Part shown: positions 59,894 through 64,000 of the stretch, one piece after another
Layout: every line of letters starts with the position of its first letter
How positions within the stretch are numbered: the stretch's first letter is position 1
From: an uncultured virus (IMG/VR IMGVR_UViG_3300022602_000071)
Taxonomy: Duplodnaviria > Heunggongvirae > Uroviricota > Caudoviricetes
DNA: 64,000 bases
Strand: one strand, 5' to 3'
Virus record (IMG/VR): IMGVR_UViG_3300022602_000071
Program-made: the position numbers and the translations under genes
Notes under the pieces: model-generated
What the model saw: the letters and a program-made list of their open reading frames with translations, nothing else
What the model was told of the DNA's origin: nothing
The model's database searches: none

Positions 59894-61078
59894 ATGACAA
59901 CAATAGATAATTTATTAATAAAAATTGTGAATCATGCTTCACCGGCAATTGAAGAACAAATACCCCAGAGAGATTCTAAAATACTTAGAAGTATTGCTAG
60001 TTCAATAAATTCACATATCTATATAACAGAAAATCAAAGTAAATTACTAATAAAAATACTTCGTGAACACGAAAACAAAATTACGGATTTTTCACAACAA
60101 ATTCAATCAGCTTTGACTAATTTGTCGTGGGCCAAACCATTCAGGCGCATTGAACAAGTAAAAAAATTACAAATTAAAAAAAACGAAGAGCATGAATCTA
60201 TTCTTTGTATAGAAATAACTTTTTCTCATGAAATTCGTCAAATTTTAACAAATTTGTCAAAGTCTATTCCTGACATGATAGCATATAACACAAAAAATTG
60301 GCAGTGCGAGCTGACTGAGAAAAATATTGTAACCTTATACGATACATTTGCTCCGTTGAATTTTGAAATTGACGAAGATATAAAAAACTATTACACTACG
60401 ATAAAATCTTGGTCAAAATCAGATATTGAAAATCAATTTTTGATTACAAACATAGAACATAAAAATTTTCAAAAGGCTATAACTGACGATCTAGGGTTGT
60501 CAACGACTATTAATCAAAATATTATTAATGATCGTAGTATGAGGTATCAATATCATCAAGATCCTAAAAATTTAGGAGAAGATTTAACTGAAAATATAGC
60601 CAACAGATCTAAACCACGAATATGGATTGATAAAAAACAACATACAATGACAGCTGTTGTAGCAAGCATTATTGAACTAAAAAGGTTGCCTTTATTGATT
60701 GTATTTGACACATTAGTCAATAACAAGTACTTAGAAAATCTCAAAATTTTGTCAAAATCTTTGGAAGAAAATGGAATTTTTGACGGCGTTGGAGTTTACT
60801 TTAGATTGCCGAACGATGAGATGGGCAAGCAGTTTAATACTTTTATCGCAGAAAAATCATATAACTATCAACTATGCGATGATACCAATGTGGCATGTGT
60901 AATGAGTGGAAAATTACCAAAGTTTTTTTTAAGAAATGCTTGGAAACCAATGAGTGTGATTGCTCTAGATAGTCGAATGGGTATGCGTCACGGCAAAACT
61001 GCTGTATACTCTAATTGTTGTGATTTAATCATAGAATGGGCCGACGAACCTAGTACAATGGACATTAAATTAAAATGA
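59894..61078 (+). CDS. Hypothetical protein
   Basis: 394-aa ORF, ATGA-coupled to uvsW. Confidence 0.75.
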   Translation: MTTIDNLLIKIVNHASPAIEEQIPQRDSKILRSIASSINSHIYITENQSKLLIKILREHENKITDFSQQIQSALTNLSWAKPFRRIEQVKKLQIKKNEEHESILCIEITFSHEIRQILTNLSKSIPDMIAYNTKNWQCELTEKNIVTLYDTFAPLNFEIDEDIKNYYTTIKSWSKSDIENQFLITNIEHKNFQKAITDDLGLSTTINQNIINDRSMRYQYHQDPKNLGEDLTENIANRSKPRIWIDKKQHTMTAVVASIIELKRLPLLIVFDTLVNNKYLENLKILSKSLEENGIFDGVGVYFRLPNDEMGKQFNTFIAEKSYNYQLCDDTNVACVMSGKLPKFFLRNAWKPMSVIALDSRMGMRHGKTAVYSNCCDLIIEWADEPSTMDIKLK

Positions 61079-62541
61079 CAGTAAAATTAATCATTAGAGA
61101 TGAAGTCAATATTAAGTTTGAAGGGCTAAGTTTAGAAGCCCGTAAAAAACTGTCTAATACTTTTAAGTATGTTGATCCAACAGCCAGATACCGCCCTGCT
61201 TACAAATTAGGTCGATGGGACGGAAAAGTCAGCATGTTTGGGCTAGGTGGTAATGGGTATCTCAGCCAACTAGAAAAATGTATACAAATACTATCCGATA
61301 TGGATATTGATATTGACGAATTAGAAGATTTACGCACAACTAAGAAAATTTCTTTCGAACCGGTAACAGAAACATATTGGGCAGATCAAGGTAAAGTGTG
61401 GCCAAAAGGGCATCAACAAGAAGGCAAACCCATTATGTTGCGTGACTATCAAGTCGAAGCAATTAATAGATTTTTTGAAAACACACAGAGTCTTCAAGAA
61501 ATTGCAACAGGCGCAGGTAAAACAATTACTACAGCAACACTAAGTCATTGTGCCGAAAAATACGGAAGAACTATTACTATTGTTCCTAATAAAAGTCTTG
61601 TTGAACAAACAGAAGAAGATTTCATCAATGTAGGGTTAAATGTAGGCGTATACTATGGTGACCGAAAAGATTTAAACAAAACACATACAATTTGTACTTG
61701 GCAAAGTCTTAATATTTTAGATAAGAAAAGTAAAAATCACGAATACGATATTGTATCGTTAGCTGAATTTTTAGATGGTGTTAGAACTGTTATTGTGGAT
61801 GAAGTTCATATGGCAAAGGCCGATGTACTTAAAAATTTACTCACACAAAACTTGTGTAACGCACCTATCCGCTGGGGTTTAACTGGTACCATTCCTAAAG
61901 GAGATTTCGAAGCAGAGCCTATTTTTGCTAGTCTTGGCCCAGTTGTCGGCGGAATTAAAGCACACGAACTACAAGAAATGGGTGTGCTATCGGCATGCCA
62001 TGTTAATGTAATACAGATGATAGATTTACCAGAGTTCAAGACATATCAAGAAGAATTAAAGTATCTTGTTACTGAAGAAAACAGGATGATATATATCAGT
62101 AATTTAATTAAAAAAATATCACAATCAGGCAATACACTAGTTCTAGTTAATAGAATAGATTCAGGCAAATTTTTAGTAAATGAAATACCAGATTCAGTTT
62201 TTATATCAGGATCAGTTAAAACCACTGATAGAAAAGAAGAATATGATGAGATTAAAACAAGCGATAATAAAGTAATTGTTGCAACATTTGGTGTTGCAGC
62301 CGTGGGAATCAATATTCCCCGTATTTTTAATTTGATTTTATTGGAACCGGGAAAATCATTTGTTAGAGTTATACAAAGTATAGGCAGAGGCATCCGTAAG
62401 GCAGAAGATAAAGATTTTGTACAAATCTGGGATTTAACCAGTACTTGTAAGTGGGCAAAACGCCACCTTACAGAAAGAAAGAAATTTTATAAGGAAGCCA
62501 AATATCCATTTACTTTAGATAAAGTGGATTGGTCTAAATAA
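61075..62541 (+). CDS. uvsW: SF2 DNA helicase UvsW-like
   Basis: LRDYQ; ATGAGKT; DEVH; GLTGT; QSIGRGIR. Confidence 0.92.
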   Translation: MTVKLIIRDEVNIKFEGLSLEARKKLSNTFKYVDPTARYRPAYKLGRWDGKVSMFGLGGNGYLSQLEKCIQILSDMDIDIDELEDLRTTKKISFEPVTETYWADQGKVWPKGHQQEGKPIMLRDYQVEAINRFFENTQSLQEIATGAGKTITTATLSHCAEKYGRTITIVPNKSLVEQTEEDFINVGLNVGVYYGDRKDLNKTHTICTWQSLNILDKKSKNHEYDIVSLAEFLDGVRTVIVDEVHMAKADVLKNLLTQNLCNAPIRWGLTGTIPKGDFEAEPIFASLGPVVGGIKAHELQEMGVLSACHVNVIQMIDLPEFKTYQEELKYLVTEENRMIYISNLIKKISQSGNTLVLVNRIDSGKFLVNEIPDSVFISGSVKTTDRKEEYDEIKTSDNKVIVATFGVAAVGINIPRIFNLILLEPGKSFVRVIQSIGRGIRKAEDKDFVQIWDLTSTCKWAKRHLTERKKFYKEAKYPFTLDKVDWSK

Positions 62542-62547
62542 GGAATT

Positions 62548-63054
62548 ATGCAAATATTAACTTTAGATAATGTAATGTTCTCTTTGAACAATTTACCCGA
62601 GGAGGTGGACGAAAATACCAGATTCGCTGTATTAGACAATAGTAACCCTCAAGAACCCGATTTTTTCTTTATGCCATTAATATTTTTAGAAAGTTTTAAT
62701 GCACCGGCAATTGTATTACAGATCGGTGACGATGAAGTTACTATGCCAATTGATTGGAGTATAGCTGTTGGAGATAGTTCAAGTAGTTGTGATATTGAAA
62801 TATTGCCGTTGACTAGCTTAAATGACCGAGGGTTTGAAGCCTTATGTTTTAATCCGCTGAGCAGTTTCAGGGTAGAATTTAAACCTATAAAAATATTGAA
62901 TTTTTACAATGATGTCAAATGGTATTTTCCAAAAATGAAAAATGGTCAACTATTGGCTACTCCAACAAGAGCCGGGCATAAACCTGACTGTGTTTATTTT
63001 GTTAAAGAAATATCTCGACAAAACGAATTAATTCAATTGGATAAAATATTATGA
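62548..63054 (+). CDS. Beta-rich hypothetical protein
   Basis: AAGGA SD; tiles the operon. Confidence 0.75.
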   Translation: MQILTLDNVMFSLNNLPEEVDENTRFAVLDNSNPQEPDFFFMPLIFLESFNAPAIVLQIGDDEVTMPIDWSIAVGDSSSSCDIEILPLTSLNDRGFEALCFNPLSSFRVEFKPIKILNFYNDVKWYFPKMKNGQLLATPTRAGHKPDCVYFVKEISRQNELIQLDKIL

Positions 63055-63695
63055 GTTTAAAAATAGCCTACTTCCAACCAACTATAATTTGTATCGATAA
63101 TGTGCCTCCTGTAGAATTCAGCAAGATTTATAACCTTGCAGATGCATTACATCAAAATGAAAATATAAATGATGCAGGCGATCCATCGATCAGTATTCGA
63201 GGCGGACATCAAATACAAGTATATCCAAATGATAAAAATCTTGATGTAACATGGTTAATAAAATATATCGAAACTATATGCCGCGGATATATGGAAATTG
63301 TGTCTCAACAGTCAGGCACAACGGATCTATCATTGTGCGATATTTTAGTAACTAGTATATGGACTATTAGGCAATTTTCCGGAGATTATCAAGAAATGCA
63401 TACACATCCTGCCGGAAGTTTAAGCGGAAATATCTATATTACCGCACCAGAATTGGCATTAAATAGCCAACCTAGTGACAGTCAAATTTTATTTAGATTG
63501 CCTTATACGCGAGATGTTAATCGTTTTGTTATGACAGATACTTGGAAATACGATCCTACACCTGGTACGGTATTGGTATTTCCAAGCCATATTCCGCATA
63601 CTGTTTATCCGTGGAAAGGTAATGGAAACAGAACTGTTATGGCGTTTGATGCAAGACTTGTGCCTAAAGAGGAAACTTTGAATGGGAACCCTTAA
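63051..63695 (+). CDS. 2OG-Fe(II) oxygenase-like protein
   Basis: HTHP...LSG..YI; VFPS.+.H.V.P; R..MAF. Confidence 0.8.
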   Translation: MSLKIAYFQPTIICIDNVPPVEFSKIYNLADALHQNENINDAGDPSISIRGGHQIQVYPNDKNLDVTWLIKYIETICRGYMEIVSQQSGTTDLSLCDILVTSIWTIRQFSGDYQEMHTHPAGSLSGNIYITAPELALNSQPSDSQILFRLPYTRDVNRFVMTDTWKYDPTPGTVLVFPSHIPHTVYPWKGNGNRTVMAFDARLVPKEETLNGNP

Positions 63696-63972
63696 ACCTG
63701 GTGCTAAGTACATTTATGAAAAAGCAGATGGTGTAACCTATGCTAGAGAATTCGGGGACGCTAACAGAACTCCAATTGGGTGGGATTATGATCCTGTGAA
63801 TGGACACAAACGTGATAGTAGAACTCCCGACGGGCGACCGCTACATGATTATCTAGCAGAAGCACAACTATGGGGTAACATTTGGCGAGAAGCGCAAACC
63901 AATCCCACTTTACAAAAAGCTCTAGATCGTGCTATAATGATATACAAACTAAGCAAAGAAAAATATGAGTGA
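63682..63972 (+). CDS. Hypothetical protein
   Basis: YIYE..DG.TYARE.G pattern; overlaps both neighbours. Confidence 0.7.
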   Translation: MGTLKPGAKYIYEKADGVTYAREFGDANRTPIGWDYDPVNGHKRDSRTPDGRPLHDYLAEAQLWGNIWREAQTNPTLQKALDRAIMIYKLSKEKYE

Positions 63973-64000
63973 TAAAATCGAGCTAAAAGAAAAGATAGCA
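63965..64000 (+). CDS. 5' end of the next gene (MSDKIELKEKIA...), truncated
   Basis: ATG overlapping the upstream gene end; open to the window edge. Confidence 0.5.
   Translation, partial: MSDKIELKEKIA

Noticed and set aside
52382..62541. Inteins or introns in terminase, UvsX or UvsW
   Set aside because: All have ordinary lengths and continuous motifs
1159..63713. Many antisense or alternate-frame ORFs in the track (e.g. 2926-3333, 4147-4659, 30915-31391, 55457-55756)
   Set aside because: They lie within or almost wholly overlap well-supported genes, lack SDs or motifs, and are the expected shadow of Thr/Gly/Asn-rich codons
1..64000. CRISPR array, tRNA or rRNA genes, IS elements, integrase
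   Set aside because: No spaced identical repeats, cloverleaf or transposase/integrase motifs seen; intergenic gaps are mostly too short

Overview
A 64-kb piece of an AT-rich, T4-superfamily myovirus genome, probably a large or jumbo phage; from memory the gene order resembles Rak2/GAP32-like jumbo phages and related uncultured aquatic phages (not checked by search). Positions 1-38,085 hold an unusually large tail-fibre/baseplate-appendage region. It contains paired paralogous fibres, two giant proteins (2012 and 2876 aa) with CBM5/12-like repeats, a beta-helix-like core and propeller-like repeats, four small paralogous beta-rich proteins, and three Cys/Gly-rich gp38-like adhesins with two tail-chaperone-like partners. 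An opposite-strand operon (GT9-like glycosyltransferase, SGNH-like hydrolase, NodU/CmcH carbamoyltransferase) sits inside this region. Positions 38,116-56,866 hold NUDIX, gp15/gp14/gp13 neck genes, dNMP kinase, HNH, an enlarged tail sheath, tail tube, gp4, terminase and probable internal head proteins. Positions 57,011-64,000 hold gp32, UvsX, UvsY, UvsW and a 2OG-Fe(II) oxygenase. T4-type late promoters (TAAATA), sigma70-type promoters and intrinsic terminators are visible. The most interesting candidates are a Cys-rich adhesin plus modification-enzyme cassette, a fibre docking system (hydrophobic C-terminal tail plus small adaptor), beta-modules inserted across many virion proteins, probable leaderless late mRNAs, and a structured leader at 4,088-4,180. 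All product calls come from motif recognition by eye; no database search or folding program was run.
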